From positions 6,720-70,719 of the forward strand of contig CAZJVB010000004.1 of assembly GCA_964549435.1 (NCBI GenBank): a DNA stretch of 64,000 nucleotides, read 5' to 3'. The notes beneath the pieces are model-generated. The model was not told the origin of the DNA. It searched no databases and worked only from the letters and a program-made list of their open reading frames with translations. The position numbers and the translations under genes were made by a program. Shown piece by piece: positions 1 to 11,355 of the stretch. The stretch is from an uncultured Ruminococcus sp. (GTDB lineage: Bacteria > Bacillota > Clostridia > Oscillospirales > CAG-382). The first letter of the stretch is position 1; each line of letters begins with the position of its first letter.

Positions 1-474
1 AATCTTTCTACGTTCGATTTAAGCCTGCTCCGGTGGAACAAAATCATCATATGCACTGACGCAGACGAGGACGGGTATCAGATACGTACCCTGATTTTAA
101 CGTTGTTCTACAGCCTTTTGCCCACTCTCATTCAGGAAGGAAGAGTTTATATTGCAGAGACGCCGCTTTATGAGATCAATACGAAAAATGAGACGTACTT
201 TGCATATGATGAACCGGAAAAACAAACGATTTTGGGGAATCTGCAGGGACAGAAATATACGATTCAGCGTTCCAAAGGGTTAGGTGAAAACGATCCGGAT
301 ATGATGTCTCGTACGACAATGCATCCCGCTACCAGACGGTTGATCCGGATCATGCCGGAGGATGAACAGAAAACTTATGAGATGTTTGATATACTGCTTG
401 GCAACAATCTTTCCGGTCGGAAGGAATTGATCGCTTCCTACGGCGCGAAGTACTATGAACTTGCGGATATCTGA
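1..474 (+). CDS. Type IIA DNA topoisomerase subunit B (GyrB/ParE family), C-terminal part; the 5' end lies outside the window
   Basis: Frame 1 is open from base 1. The translation contains a Toprim-like acidic stretch (IIICTDADEDGYQIRTLILTLF) and the conserved C-terminal QRSKGLGE motif. The subunit A gene follows directly. Confidence 0.85.
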   Translation, partial: NLSTFDLSLLRWNKIIICTDADEDGYQIRTLILTLFYSLLPTLIQEGRVYIAETPLYEINTKNETYFAYDEPEKQTILGNLQGQKYTIQRSKGLGENDPDMMSRTTMHPATRRLIRIMPEDEQKTYEMFDILLGNNLSGRKELIASYGAKYYELADI

Positions 475-493
475 TAACTTGATGAGGTGACGC

Positions 494-2695
494 ATGGCGA
501 AAAAGAAAAAAACAGAAGAAACTAAGGTACAGGCGGCAGAACCTGTGGATGTACGCATAACCGAGGTACTGGAAAATAATTATATGCCTTACGCGATGAC
601 CGTAATCGTTTCCCGTGCGATTCCGGCAATTGACGGTTTTAAACCGGCACATAGAAAGCTGCTTTATACCATGTATCGGATGGGACTGCTAAGCGGTCCC
701 AAATCAAAGAGTGCCAAGGTTGTCGGACAAACGATGGTGCTGAATCCGCATGGAGATGCTTCCATTTACGAAACACTGGTGCGTCTGACCACAGGTAAGG
801 AAGCGCTGCTTCATCCTTTCATTGAATCCAAGGGCAGTTTTGGAAAGCAGTATTCGGATATGGCATATGCTGCTTCCCGTTATACGGAATGTAAATTAGC
901 AAAAATCAGCGAGGAGATTTTCGACGGAATCGATCGCGATGCCGTGGATATGGTACCGAATTATGACGGCACAACAACGGAGCCGTCGTTATTGCCCACC
1001 AGCTTTCCGAATATTCTAGTTTCTTCCAATAACGGCATTGCAGTTGGCATGACCAGCACGATTTGCTCCTTTAATTTGCGTGAGGTTTGTGAAGCGACGA
1101 TCCGTTTTATCAAGGAACCGAAATTTGATGTGGAGCAATTGCTGGATGTCCTCAAGGGACCGGATTTTTCCACAGGTGGACTGTTGCTGTACAATCGTGA
1201 TAAACTGCGGGAAATCTATAAAACAGGAAGAGGGTCCGTGTCTGTTCGTTCCCGCTATGAATATGATTCGCACGCCAACCGCATCGAGATTACGGAGATT
1301 CCTTATACTACTACCTCGGAAAAAATAAAAGATGCGATCGTAGATCTGGTAAAGAACGGAAAAGTCAAGGAAATCAGCGATATCCGTGATGAAACAGATA
1401 TCAACGGTCTGCGGATTACCATCGATCTGAAGAAAAACGCTTCTGCCGAAAAGCTGATCGCTCGACTAAACAAAGCCCATATTCTGGAATGTGATTTTTC
1501 CTGTAATTTTAATGTATTAGTAGGCGGCGTTCCGAAAACGCTCGGCATTCTGGATATTCTGGATGAATGGGTGGCTTTTCGAGCAGAATGCCTGCGCCGT
1601 ACCTATATTTTTGATCTGTCAAAGAAGAGCGATAAGCTGCATCTTTTGTACGGTTTGAAGGAAATTCTGCTGGATATCGATAAGGCAATTCGAATCATTC
1701 GCGAAACAGAAAGCGAAAGGGATGTGATTCCTAATCTGATGTCCGGCTTCGGGATCGATCAGTTGCAGGCAGAATTTGTTGCTGAAATCAAATTGCGGAA
1801 TCTGAACCGAGAGTATATCATCAATCGTATCGATGAGATCGAAGATTTGGAAAAAGCGATCGAAGAGTTGAATCTTTTGATCGGAAGCGATCGTCGTATC
1901 CGTAGTGTGATCGCAAAACAGCTTGCTGCAATTGCCGAAAAATACGGAATTCCACGAAAAACACAGTTGCTGGATCAACACGAACTGGTGGAAGTCGATC
2001 TTACCGAGACGATCGAAGACTATCCCTGCGTGATGTTTATCAGCAAGGAGGGATATTTTAAGAAATGTACGCCCGCATCTCTTCGCGGAAGTGATGTGCA
2101 GAAATTCAAGGAAAATGATTCACTGCTGTATAAGCAGGAAGTATCTAACGCTTATGATGTGCTTTTCTTTACATCCATGGCACAGGTATATAAGGCAAAG
2201 ATGAGCGATTTTGATGACTGTAAAGCATCCGCGCTCGGTACCTACATTCCCGCTAAGCTCTCCTTTGAGCAGAACGAACGGGTGGTGGCGGCGGTTCCGT
2301 TGAAAAGTTATACCGGGAAACTAGTCGTTTTCTTTGAAAACGGTAAAGCGGTTCGTGTTCCGCTAGAGGCGTATCAGACAAAGACAAACCGCCGAAAGCT
2401 GACTGCAGCTTTGTTTTCCGGTTCAACCGCCGTCGGTGTTTTCTTGTGTGGCACTTCACAGGAATACTTTCTTCAGACAGATGAAAGGCGTGCACTTCTG
2501 ATCAGAGAGGAGCAGGTAGTCGAAAAAGCAACACGCTCTTCCTGCGGAGCTTCTGTGTTGAGTTTAAAAAAGGAGCGGCATGTTGTCTCAGCTGTGCCAT
2601 ATGATCCTCAATTTATATTGCTGGAGAAGCCCTCCCGCTACCGGAAGGCAAGCCTTCCTGCCGTTGGGGTTCTTTATGACCGAAATGAAAAATAA
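494..2695 (+). CDS. Type IIA DNA topoisomerase subunit A (GyrA/ParC family), 733 aa
   Basis: A GAGGTGA RBS precedes the ATG. N-terminal motifs are IDGFKPAHRKLLY and the active-site tyrosine context AASRYTE. It is shorter than a typical GyrA, so a ParC-like or second-gyrase role is possible. Confidence 0.9.
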   Translation: MAKKKKTEETKVQAAEPVDVRITEVLENNYMPYAMTVIVSRAIPAIDGFKPAHRKLLYTMYRMGLLSGPKSKSAKVVGQTMVLNPHGDASIYETLVRLTTGKEALLHPFIESKGSFGKQYSDMAYAASRYTECKLAKISEEIFDGIDRDAVDMVPNYDGTTTEPSLLPTSFPNILVSSNNGIAVGMTSTICSFNLREVCEATIRFIKEPKFDVEQLLDVLKGPDFSTGGLLLYNRDKLREIYKTGRGSVSVRSRYEYDSHANRIEITEIPYTTTSEKIKDAIVDLVKNGKVKEISDIRDETDINGLRITIDLKKNASAEKLIARLNKAHILECDFSCNFNVLVGGVPKTLGILDILDEWVAFRAECLRRTYIFDLSKKSDKLHLLYGLKEILLDIDKAIRIIRETESERDVIPNLMSGFGIDQLQAEFVAEIKLRNLNREYIINRIDEIEDLEKAIEELNLLIGSDRRIRSVIAKQLAAIAEKYGIPRKTQLLDQHELVEVDLTETIEDYPCVMFISKEGYFKKCTPASLRGSDVQKFKENDSLLYKQEVSNAYDVLFFTSMAQVYKAKMSDFDDCKASALGTYIPAKLSFEQNERVVAAVPLKSYTGKLVVFFENGKAVRVPLEAYQTKTNRRKLTAALFSGSTAVGVFLCGTSQEYFLQTDERRALLIREEQVVEKATRSSCGASVLSLKKERHVVSAVPYDPQFILLEKPSRYRKASLPAVGVLYDRNEK

Positions 2696-2698
2696 ATC

Positions 2699-2728
2699 TT
2701 GACAGCCGCCTATCGTCTGGTGTATAAT
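2699..2728 (+). promoter_or_regulatory. Sigma-A type promoter for gdpP-rplI-dnaB
   Basis: TTGACA (2699-2704), an 18-nt spacer ending in TG, then TATAAT (2723-2728). It sits about 40 nt upstream of the gdpP start. Confidence 0.6.
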
Positions 2729-2765
2729 TTCTCAATATGTTCCTGCCTATCGGGAGGTGAATTCT

Positions 2766-4757
2766 ATGAAATATAAAATGCAAAGATTGATGGACGGATT
2801 GGTGGCGTTTCTGCTTCTTGCCGCTGCGTCTCTCTTTTTATATCATTTTTCGGTGCTGGCAGGTTTATTTTTTACGACGTTGACCGTTTTGTATGTCATT
2901 TTTCTCTTTGCACGTGGTTCGGGAGGAAGGCTCCACCTGTTTCGCTATTTCACCGGTGATATTTCATCTGTTCTTGCCAACATCCTGAAGGCTGTAAACG
3001 CTCCCGTTTTAGTAATTGGAAATACCGATAAAATCATTTGGGCAAATAAACGATTTGAGAATCTGTCGGAAATGGCGTCCTATGTGACGCTTCCCTCTGC
3101 AGAAAAGCTTTTTGATGGTTCCTTTACTTACGCTAAGTTAAAAGATTCTTATGAAGCGGAACACGATTTTTTTGACTTGCATACAGAGGACGGCTTTTTT
3201 CGGGTTCACATTATCGAACTGAACACCAAAAGTAAAACCTATTACGCTACTTTTTGGTTCGATGCGACTAAGGAGTTTGCATTACAGCAAGAATTGACAA
3301 ATCATAATGCGATTGTTGCTTTTATCGCAGTGGACAATGCATCAGAGCTTTCTCAGAATGGGGATGAAACCTTCCGGTTGACCTCTGCAAAGATCAATCT
3401 TGCGCTGACCGATTGGGCGAAAAGTCTTCATGCGATCCTGTTGGAATATGAAGACGGAAAGTTTTTGATGTTATTCGATCGTCTTCATCTTAACGAAATG
3501 GAAGAAGATAAGTTTACCATTATCGATGAGATTTCAGCACTCTCTTCCGGGAGTTACGCACTGCCGTTGACTATATCTATCGGCGTTTCGGAAGAAGAGG
3601 GGAGTCTTTCCGATAAGCAGGCGAGTGCTCAAAATGCGCTCAGAATTGCTTTGCAGAAAGGCGGTGCAACCGCTGTTATTAAAACAGCGGACGGTTATCG
3701 CAGCTTCGGCGGAAAGACCAAATCGGTGCAGAAGCAGACCAGTATCCGTTCCCGTATCTGCCGTGATCTGCTGATTGATAATATTCGTACCAGCAGTAAT
3801 GTTTTGATTATGGGGCATCAACGACCTGATTTCGATGCTATCGCATCAAATATCGGCGTAGCCAAACTTGTTTCGTTTCTCGGAAAACCGGTTCATATTG
3901 TCACAGATACGGAAGAAGGAAATATAGCCAATGCGTTCGATATGCTGAAAGCACTCCCTGAGTACCAGACGATGTTTGTAGATGCGCGTCGAGGCATGGA
4001 CTTAGTAACGCCTTATACTTTGCTGGTTATTACGGATGCGTCAAATCCCAGTAATTTTTTTTCAGAAGACCTGTATCAGAGCGCGCAGCGCGTCATTGTG
4101 ATTGATCATCATACGCTGGATAAGCATTTAGGTGAAAATGTTTTAACACCTATGAACATCGATCCGAACGCTTCCAGCGCTTCCGAATTGGTTTGCGAAA
4201 TTTTGGAGCTCTCCATTCCGGATGGCTTACTTCGTGCAGAAGAGGCGCAGCTAATGCTGCTCGGAATTCTTTTGGATACACAATTTTTCTCACGGGATAC
4301 CGGTTCCCGTACGTTCCGCGCCTGCTCCTATCTGCGAAATGCCGGTGCGGATCCATCCAAAGCAAAACTGCTGTTTAAAACTGATCTTGTAGATTTTGAA
4401 CGGATCGACTGTTTTGATCGTTCAAAATATGTTTTTCGTAATCAATTTATCATCTGTTACTATGATGATGAACGTGATCCGCGAAATATGGTAGCCGCCG
4501 CTAAATCGGCGGAACGCCTTGTCGGTATCAACGGGATAGTCGCTTCTTTTGCGCTCTATGCGCTGGATTCCGGTATCAGCCTTTCGGCCAGATCCGACGG
4601 AACCTTCAATGTTGTAAATATTGTAAGTCGTCTTGGCGGGGGCGGGCATTTTCAGTCGGCAGGTGCAAGATTAGTGGAAAATGGCGTGCCAGTTCAAAAT
4701 ATGGAGCAGGCGCGCTCTATGCTAGAACATGCAATCGATGAATACTTAAATAGTTAA
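2766..4757 (+). CDS. gdpP: Cyclic-di-AMP phosphodiesterase GdpP (two N-terminal TM helices, PAS-like and degenerate GGDEF regions, DHH/DHHA1)
   Basis: GGGAGG RBS 8 nt before ATG 2766; the track start at 2757 is a GTG inside the RBS. DHH motifs are present (DFDAIAS, VIDHHT, GGGH). The conserved gdpP-rplI-dnaB synteny supports the call. Confidence 0.85.
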   Translation: MKYKMQRLMDGLVAFLLLAAASLFLYHFSVLAGLFFTTLTVLYVIFLFARGSGGRLHLFRYFTGDISSVLANILKAVNAPVLVIGNTDKIIWANKRFENLSEMASYVTLPSAEKLFDGSFTYAKLKDSYEAEHDFFDLHTEDGFFRVHIIELNTKSKTYYATFWFDATKEFALQQELTNHNAIVAFIAVDNASELSQNGDETFRLTSAKINLALTDWAKSLHAILLEYEDGKFLMLFDRLHLNEMEEDKFTIIDEISALSSGSYALPLTISIGVSEEEGSLSDKQASAQNALRIALQKGGATAVIKTADGYRSFGGKTKSVQKQTSIRSRICRDLLIDNIRTSSNVLIMGHQRPDFDAIASNIGVAKLVSFLGKPVHIVTDTEEGNIANAFDMLKALPEYQTMFVDARRGMDLVTPYTLLVITDASNPSNFFSEDLYQSAQRVIVIDHHTLDKHLGENVLTPMNIDPNASSASELVCEILELSIPDGLLRAEEAQLMLLGILLDTQFFSRDTGSRTFRACSYLRNAGADPSKAKLLFKTDLVDFERIDCFDRSKYVFRNQFIICYYDDERDPRNMVAAAKSAERLVGINGIVASFALYALDSGISLSARSDGTFNVVNIVSRLGGGGHFQSAGARLVENGVPVQNMEQARSMLEHAIDEYLNS

Positions 4758-4774
4758 GAAAGGGAATCAATCGT

Positions 4775-5218
4775 ATGAAAGTGATTTTGCTGCAGGACGT
4801 AAAAGCACAGGGGAAAAAGGGAGACCTGATTACCGTCTCCGATGGATATGCTCAAAACTATCTCCTGCCCCGGAAGCTCGCGAAAGTTGCAGATGCGCAG
4901 GTTCTGACGGAATTGAAAAACAGGGAAGAGGCGCTCGCGTTCCGGGAGGCAGAAGATCGCAAAACTTCTCTTGAACTGAAAAAAAAGCTTGACGCGGTTA
5001 CGCTAACGTTTCAGACAACCGGTGGTGCTGACGGCAGATTGTACGGAGCTGTTACGTCTAAGGATATCAGCGAAAAGCTGGAGCAGGAGTACGGGCTCAA
5101 GATCGACAAAAAGAAAATTGATGTCGGAACAAATATCAAAACAGCCGGGGAATTTCAAGTAGATATCAAGATTTACCGCGATATCACTGCTACCCTTAAG
5201 GTTGTGGTAAAAGCTTAA
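4775..5218 (+). CDS. rplI: 50S ribosomal protein L9
   Basis: 147 aa. The N-terminus MKVILLQDVKAQGKKGDLITVSDGYAQNYLLP is typical of L9. Synteny supports the call. Confidence 0.95.
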   Translation: MKVILLQDVKAQGKKGDLITVSDGYAQNYLLPRKLAKVADAQVLTELKNREEALAFREAEDRKTSLELKKKLDAVTLTFQTTGGADGRLYGAVTSKDISEKLEQEYGLKIDKKKIDVGTNIKTAGEFQVDIKIYRDITATLKVVVKA

Positions 5219-5223
5219 GTATT

Positions 5224-6582
5224 ATGGCAGAAATGGACAGTATCCGTAAAATGCCATATTCTGTTGAGGCAGAACAGGCAATTCTCGGCACGATCATTAT
5301 GGATCCGCAGCGATATGATGAGGTTTCTTATCTATCGGCAGAGGAGTTCTATTTAGAGCAGCATAAGCAGATCTTCGCTGCTATGACTACGATGTTTCTT
5401 TCCAGTCGCAATATCGATCTCGTCACGTTAATTACTACACTGACACAGATGGGAACCTATACAGAAGGTGACGCCGGAAAATACATCAAGCTGCTGGTAG
5501 ATATTGCCGCAAATGCTTCGCATATTTCTGATTACGGGAAAATCATACGCGATAAAGCCTTGCTGCGCATGCTAATAGAAGCGACAAGAGACATTTCTGA
5601 CCGCGCGTTCAGTGAAGTTGGAGAAGTTTCAGAGATTCTGGATCTTGCGGAACAGCGGATTTATGAAATTTCAGACCATAAATACAGTAAAAGTTTCGAG
5701 CATGTCCGTGATGCCATTCTAAAAAATTATGATACGCTCAACATGCTCAAAAATGATCCGGAATCCATGACCGGTTTGCGAACCAATTATGAAGGGTTGG
5801 ATCGGATTCTAATTGGTCTTGGCAGCGGCGATCTGGTGATTGTAGGAGCTAGACCAGGGATGGGAAAGACCAGTTTTTGTCTGAACCTTGCGTGTAATGT
5901 TGCCAAAAACTCTAAAAAAGAAGTAGCAATCTTCTCTTTAGAGATGACGGCAGAACAGCTTGCTTCCCGTCTGCTGTGCTCTGAGGCTTTGGTTGACAGC
6001 AAGTGCATGCGTACCGGAAAATTAAGTGCCGAGGAATGGAAGCGCTTGGCAGAAGCGGCATCCGCCCTATCTGCAACGGATATTTGGATAGACGATACTT
6101 CGGACATTACCGTTGGGGAAATGAAATCCAAATTGCGCAAACTAAAGAATTTAGGGCTGATTGTCATCGATTATCTGCAGTTAATGCATGACGAGAAACG
6201 CATGGATAACCGTGTTCTTGAAGTTGCACAAATTACTCGTTCGCTAAAAATCATGGCAAAAGAATTCGGTGTTCCGATTATTCTATGCTCGCAGCTATCC
6301 CGCGGATCCAAAGAGCAGCGGGATAGCAAGAAACCTTCCTTGACCGATCTGCGTGATTCCGGTGCCATCGAGCAGGATGCAGACATTGTTCTGCTGCTTT
6401 ACCGTGCAGAATATTACACCGCTTCCGAACGTTCGGCAGAAGAACTTTCGGATCATGAGCTTTGCGATTGTATTGTCGCAAAAAACCGACACGGAGCTAC
6501 CGGTACGGTCAGGCTTGCCTGGTATGGACGGCACTTCCGTTTTGTAACTTCTGATGAGCGAGATGATGCTCCCACTTCATAA
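5224..6582 (+). CDS. dnaB: Replicative DNA helicase DnaB
   Basis: 452 aa. It has the N-terminal PYSVEAEQAILG motif, Walker A GARPGMGKTS, and the DYLQLM and SQLSR motifs. Confidence 0.95.
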   Translation: MAEMDSIRKMPYSVEAEQAILGTIIMDPQRYDEVSYLSAEEFYLEQHKQIFAAMTTMFLSSRNIDLVTLITTLTQMGTYTEGDAGKYIKLLVDIAANASHISDYGKIIRDKALLRMLIEATRDISDRAFSEVGEVSEILDLAEQRIYEISDHKYSKSFEHVRDAILKNYDTLNMLKNDPESMTGLRTNYEGLDRILIGLGSGDLVIVGARPGMGKTSFCLNLACNVAKNSKKEVAIFSLEMTAEQLASRLLCSEALVDSKCMRTGKLSAEEWKRLAEAASALSATDIWIDDTSDITVGEMKSKLRKLKNLGLIVIDYLQLMHDEKRMDNRVLEVAQITRSLKIMAKEFGVPIILCSQLSRGSKEQRDSKKPSLTDLRDSGAIEQDADIVLLLYRAEYYTASERSAEELSDHELCDCIVAKNRHGATGTVRLAWYGRHFRFVTSDERDDAPTS

Positions 6583-7954
6583 AACAGAACGGAAAGTACT
6601 CGCTTTTCTCCGGAAACACGAGCTGATCACAAGAGGGATGCAGGTCTGTATCTGCTTTTCTGGCGGTGTGGACTCCTCCGTTTTGCTTCGCATAATGCTA
6701 TGCTTGCGTGACACACTTGGCATTCATCTTTCAGCCTGTCACTTTAATCATCAGATTCGGGGTGACGAAGCGGAAAGGGATGAGGCTTTTTGTGCTTCTG
6801 TCTGCCAGCAATGGGGAATTCCTTATTTTTGCAAGCGTAAAAATGTGCCTGCGCTGCGTGCGGATACCGGAAAGTCACTGGAGGAAGCAGCCAGAGAAGC
6901 GCGGTATGCGTGGTTCACCGAGCTTGGAAAAAAAGAAGGAATTGATCGTTTTGCTACTGCACATCATAAAAATGATCAAGCGGAGACGGTGCTATTCCAT
7001 CTGATACGCGGAACAACTGTTGCAGGTCTTCGAGGCATTCCAGTAAAACGGGGGGATGTGATACGCCCCTTACTGGATCTTACTCGTGCGGAATTGGAAC
7101 AGTATGCAAAAGATAATAATGTGCCGTTTCTGACGGACAGCACCAACGCCTCCAGTCAATATACCCGCAACTATATCAGGCATGTGCTTCTTCCGGCCAT
7201 GGAACGTATCAATCCATCGGCGGTGGAAGCGATGGCGCGTCTTTCAGGATATGCAGCAGAGGATCAAGAGCTGCTTTCTTCACAAATGCCTTCGCAGGAA
7301 GAAGCGCAATATGTTGCAACTCTTCCGAGTGCAATTCTTCGCCGTACTGTTTCAAGAAACTTTACCGCAATTTCTGGCGGCACTCTTTGTTATGCACACC
7401 TTGATGCGATCTGTCAAGCGGTACGCGAGAAAAAAAATGGTAGCATCGGACTTCCTGGCGGTTACCGCGCAGTGCTATCCGGAGGTGTACTCCGTTTTGA
7501 ATCCCGTCCTATTTTACCGCTGCCACCGATGCAGGAAGGTGTTCTGCATGAGGGGGTAACTTTACTTTATAACGGTGCATTGCGTATAACTCTGCAAAAA
7601 AAAGGGGAGTCTCTTTATGAGACGCCTGACGAAGAATTTATTTACAATTTGTCAACAGAGATTCCCTTTTCTTGTCATGGAATTTGTGGCATGATTCGAT
7701 ATAGGTCCCGTATTTCGGGCGATCGTATATTGCTGCATGGAGTTCATCACAGCGTCAAAAAATTGTTTTCGGAGCGGAAGGTTCCTATCTATTTAAGGAA
7801 TATGATCCCCGTCTTCTGTGACGATTCCGGCATTTTTTGTATACCGTTCGTCGCCGTTGCGGATCGTGTCAACAGATCGGAAACGGGAACTATATATTCG
7901 CTCCGGGTAGAAATTGCCGAGGAGGCAGCCCGAAAGGTGGTTGAAAGCCTATGA
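6554..7954 (+). CDS. tilS: tRNA(Ile)-lysidine synthase TilS
   Basis: PP-loop SGGVDS near the N-terminus. 466 aa. It overlaps the dnaB 3' end; alternative in-frame ATGs lie at 6563 and 6566. It sits directly upstream of ftsH. Confidence 0.85.
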   Translation: MSEMMLPLHKTERKVLAFLRKHELITRGMQVCICFSGGVDSSVLLRIMLCLRDTLGIHLSACHFNHQIRGDEAERDEAFCASVCQQWGIPYFCKRKNVPALRADTGKSLEEAAREARYAWFTELGKKEGIDRFATAHHKNDQAETVLFHLIRGTTVAGLRGIPVKRGDVIRPLLDLTRAELEQYAKDNNVPFLTDSTNASSQYTRNYIRHVLLPAMERINPSAVEAMARLSGYAAEDQELLSSQMPSQEEAQYVATLPSAILRRTVSRNFTAISGGTLCYAHLDAICQAVREKKNGSIGLPGGYRAVLSGGVLRFESRPILPLPPMQEGVLHEGVTLLYNGALRITLQKKGESLYETPDEEFIYNLSTEIPFSCHGICGMIRYRSRISGDRILLHGVHHSVKKLFSERKVPIYLRNMIPVFCDDSGIFCIPFVAVADRVNRSETGTIYSLRVEIAEEAARKVVESL

Positions 7955-9915
7955 AAAGTAACGGAAAGACACTCATTGTTTGGTTGGTAGCCATTGCGTT
8001 GATGATTGTTTGCGTAAGCGCGCTGCTCAGCGGCGGAAATGCTAAAACGGTTACTTACAGCGAAGTGCTGACGATGTTCCGTGAAGAGCAGGTCACAGAG
8101 TTTGAAGTGAATAATCGGAATATTTTGACACTGAGAACTACAGACGGAACAAAATATCAGCATGAGCTCCGAGATCTGGCATTATTTTATGAAGATTTAG
8201 GTGAAGAAATCAACCGTCAGCTGGAAGCCGGTATTCTGAAAAAGTTCGATTATCAGTCTACCGCTGTATCGATTTGGGTTCAGCTGTTTCCGTATTTGAT
8301 CGTCATTGTTGCGTTCGTTATTATTTGGTGGGTATTCATTTCCAAAACGGCAAAGGGCGGCGCTGGCGGCGGGCTCGGCGGAAGAATGAATTCTTTCAGC
8401 AAGGCGAAGGCCAAGCTTGGCTCAGATGAAAAGAACAAGGTCTATTTCAAAGATGTTGCCGGTGCGGATGAAGAAAAGGAAGAACTCCGCGAGGTTGTTG
8501 AATTTCTGAAACAGCCGGAGAAATTTTCGGATCTTGGTGCCAGAATTCCGAAGGGAGTACTTTTGATTGGTCCTCCCGGTACGGGAAAAACTCTGCTTGC
8601 TAAAGCGGTCGCAGGGGAAAGCGGCGTTCCGTTTTATTCGATTTCCGGTTCTGATTTTGTAGAAATGTATGTTGGCGTCGGTGCTTCCCGCGTACGAGAC
8701 CTGTTTGAAACCGCAAAAAAAACCGCGCCCTGTATCATCTTTATCGATGAGATTGATGCAGTAGGCCGCCATAGAGGTGCCGGATGGGGAGGCGGCCATG
8801 ACGAACGCGAGCAGACGTTGAATCAATTGCTGGTGGAAATGGACGGTTTTGGTGTAAATGACGGCGTTATTGTGATTGCTGCAACCAACCGACCGGATAT
8901 TCTTGATCCTGCGCTGATGCGTCCCGGTCGTTTTGACAGGCAGGTCACGGTGAACCTACCGGATTTGAAAGGCAGGGCTGCCATTCTTCGCGTGCATTCA
9001 AAAAATAAACCTTTGGGTGAGGATGTCGACCTTGATGTAGTTGCAAAATCTACTGTTGGCATGACCGGAGCGGATCTTTCCAATGTTCTAAATGAAGCTG
9101 CATTACTTGCAGCGCGCCGAAAGAAATCTGTTATCAATATGGAGGATATAGAGGATGCGACGCTGAAAGTAATTGTAGGTCCTCAAAAGCTTTCTCTTGT
9201 GATATCCGAAGAAGAAAAGCGCAATACCGCTTATCATGAGGCGGGACACGCAATTGTCGGTCATCTGCTTCCTACTCAGGATCCGATTCACCAGATTTCA
9301 ATTATTCCGAGCGGTCGTGCGCTAGGATATACACTCGCACTTCCGACGACGGATAAGACCAATGTATTCCGTAAGGAATTGCAGGAAGAGATCGCCACCC
9401 TTCTTGCCGGACGGGCTGCGGAGTTACTTGTTCTCGGCGATATTTCTGCGGGAGCATCCAATGACATAGAGCGCGCGAGCGAGATTGCTCGGAAAATGGT
9501 TACCCGTTATGGAATGAGCGACCGATTAGGTCCGATCACTTACGGGAGTTCCAACGATGAGGTGTTTCTCGGCAAAGATTTCAATCATACGAAAGATTAT
9601 TCAGAAAACATCGCTTCTGAGATTGACGCTGAAGTGCGCCGCTTCATCAGTGAAGGAGGGAATTTAGCTGAAAATATTCTGAAAGAAAATCTTCACATTT
9701 TGCATTTTATCGCCGGTTATTTGGTCAAGCATGAGACGATGGATGCAGAGCAATTCAGACTCTGTTTTGAAGAAGGCGTAACAGAAGAGCAATTGGAGGC
9801 GGTGATTTCCCGGAAAAAAACAGCTAATCGGGAAGAAAATATAAACCGTCATCATGAAAAGAAGGAACCGCTTTCTGAAACCAACAAGACGGATGACGAT
9901 GGGGATTTTTCGTAA
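7951..9915 (+). CDS. ftsH: ATP-dependent zinc metalloprotease FtsH
   Basis: ATGA overlap with the tilS stop. It has two TM segments, an AAA module ([23 protein letters not shown]) and the zinc motif HEAGHA. Confidence 0.95.
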   Translation: MKSNGKTLIVWLVAIALMIVCVSALLSGGNAKTVTYSEVLTMFREEQVTEFEVNNRNILTLRTTDGTKYQHELRDLALFYEDLGEEINRQLEAGILKKFDYQSTAVSIWVQLFPYLIVIVAFVIIWWVFISKTAKGGAGGGLGGRMNSFSKAKAKLGSDEKNKVYFKDVAGADEEKEELREVVEFLKQPEKFSDLGARIPKGVLLIGPPGTGKTLLAKAVAGESGVPFYSISGSDFVEMYVGVGASRVRDLFETAKKTAPCIIFIDEIDAVGRHRGAGWGGGHDEREQTLNQLLVEMDGFGVNDGVIVIAATNRPDILDPALMRPGRFDRQVTVNLPDLKGRAAILRVHSKNKPLGEDVDLDVVAKSTVGMTGADLSNVLNEAALLAARRKKSVINMEDIEDATLKVIVGPQKLSLVISEEEKRNTAYHEAGHAIVGHLLPTQDPIHQISIIPSGRALGYTLALPTTDKTNVFRKELQEEIATLLAGRAAELLVLGDISAGASNDIERASEIARKMVTRYGMSDRLGPITYGSSNDEVFLGKDFNHTKDYSENIASEIDAEVRRFISEGGNLAENILKENLHILHFIAGYLVKHETMDAEQFRLCFEEGVTEEQLEAVISRKKTANREENINRHHEKKEPLSETNKTDDDGDFS

Positions 9916-9925
9916 GAGCACACAC

Positions 9926-9959
9926 GCAGGAGGCAATATCCAATTGTCTCCTGCTTTTG
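9926..9959 (+). terminator. Rho-independent terminator after ftsH
   Basis: 12-bp stem GCAGGAGGCAAT / ATTGTCTCCTGC with a 5-nt loop, followed by TTTTG. Confidence 0.7.
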
Positions 9960-10041
9960 AATAACAGAACCTTTTAGGGGCAAAACTCATTTTACCGAAA
10001 AGCAGGGAACGACCGTATTTGAGGAAAGGAATGGGCAAAAG

Positions 10042-11355
10042 ATGGAAGAAAATAAAGAAAACGATATTTTTGCTGATGACGCAGAAGAAATCATCCCTTT
10101 GGACGACGATGAGGAGGCGATCGCCGGAGCACCGGAGAAACGATTTGGTTGGAAAAATGTACTTTTCTTACTGCTGGTATTTTTATTAGCAGCTGTTACA
10201 ATCTTGTTTCTTTTCTGGAATTTATACCATCGCAGCCATCCGTCTGAAGCCTTATCTTCCACATCTGCGACAAGTCAAGATGCTTCTGAGACGATGATGC
10301 AGAACGGTGAAAATAACGATTCTGTATTGATATCAGAAATCGATAGCAGCATATCCAACCACAGTTCCAGTGGGGAAAGTTCCGAAGAAGAACCGTCTGT
10401 TCCGGATGAACAGTACCACGGATGGATTATTAACAATTTAGGATACACATATCTTTATTACGGAATTGGCGTAGAACAATTTAATTATAGCGATGCAACC
10501 ATGAATAAATATCTTACCAGTATTCAGGAGCTTACAAAAATAGTACCGTCCGGCACTTCCGTTTATTGTATGCCGGTTCCCACACGGATAGGGTTTTTAT
10601 ATTCGGAGATCAGCAGTGATATCAAACGGGAAGATAATTTTTTTAATTCTTCGGAACAGACCTTTCTTGACACTGTGGAAGAAACCATAGGTTCCGGTAT
10701 CAGCGTTATCAACCTTTATCATTCCTTTGCCGATGCATATCAAAAAGGTGATGAGCTTTTCTTCCGCACAGACAGCAATTGGACGGCCGATGCCGCCTAT
10801 TTGGCTTACAAGGAATTCTGCACTTCCTCCGGTAATGCTCCCATCACGCTTGCTGCCTATGAAGAAAACAGCATAGAAACCTTTTTAGGAAGCTTCTACA
10901 CTGCGACAAGTGCTGATGTCTTAAGGAAAAACGCCGATGTGCTGCGATACTATCGAAATGCCGATACAGATGCCTGCAAGGTAACCTTATATAACGGTAG
11001 TTCTGTTTACAAGAACTACTGCCTTGCTGGAAACGCTGTAATGGGCATTTCCTCAGCTTATTCCGTTTACCTTGGCACAACTGGAGAATATTTCAAAATT
11101 GAATCTCCGTGCACTTCCGGTAAGAGCCTACTGATTGTCGGTGACGGAAGCGTGGCGGCAATGCTTCCGTACTTGATTGAAAATTATTCCGAAATTCATT
11201 ATATTAACGTTGCTTTTTACCGGGGCGCCTTTTCCTCACTTTTTGAATCCACCAAATTTCACGATGTGCTGTTTATGTCTTATGTGACGAATGCGGTAAA
11301 AGGCGACTATCCGATACAGCTCGCAACAATGGCAGGAGTACAGCAAGATGAATAG
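10042..11355 (+). CDS. Membrane-anchored DHHW-family (AlgX/AlgJ-like SGNH-type) protein with a degenerate signature motif
   Basis: It has an acidic cytoplasmic N-terminus, one TM helix and a Ser-rich linker. The extracellular domain aligns by eye to the DHHW family (FFRTDSNWTADAAYLAY), but the motif reads D-S-N-W. Confidence 0.5.
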   Translation: MEENKENDIFADDAEEIIPLDDDEEAIAGAPEKRFGWKNVLFLLLVFLLAAVTILFLFWNLYHRSHPSEALSSTSATSQDASETMMQNGENNDSVLISEIDSSISNHSSSGESSEEEPSVPDEQYHGWIINNLGYTYLYYGIGVEQFNYSDATMNKYLTSIQELTKIVPSGTSVYCMPVPTRIGFLYSEISSDIKREDNFFNSSEQTFLDTVEETIGSGISVINLYHSFADAYQKGDELFFRTDSNWTADAAYLAYKEFCTSSGNAPITLAAYEENSIETFLGSFYTATSADVLRKNADVLRYYRNADTDACKVTLYNGSSVYKNYCLAGNAVMGISSAYSVYLGTTGEYFKIESPCTSGKSLLIVGDGSVAAMLPYLIENYSEIHYINVAFYRGAFSSLFESTKFHDVLFMSYVTNAVKGDYPIQLATMAGVQQDE

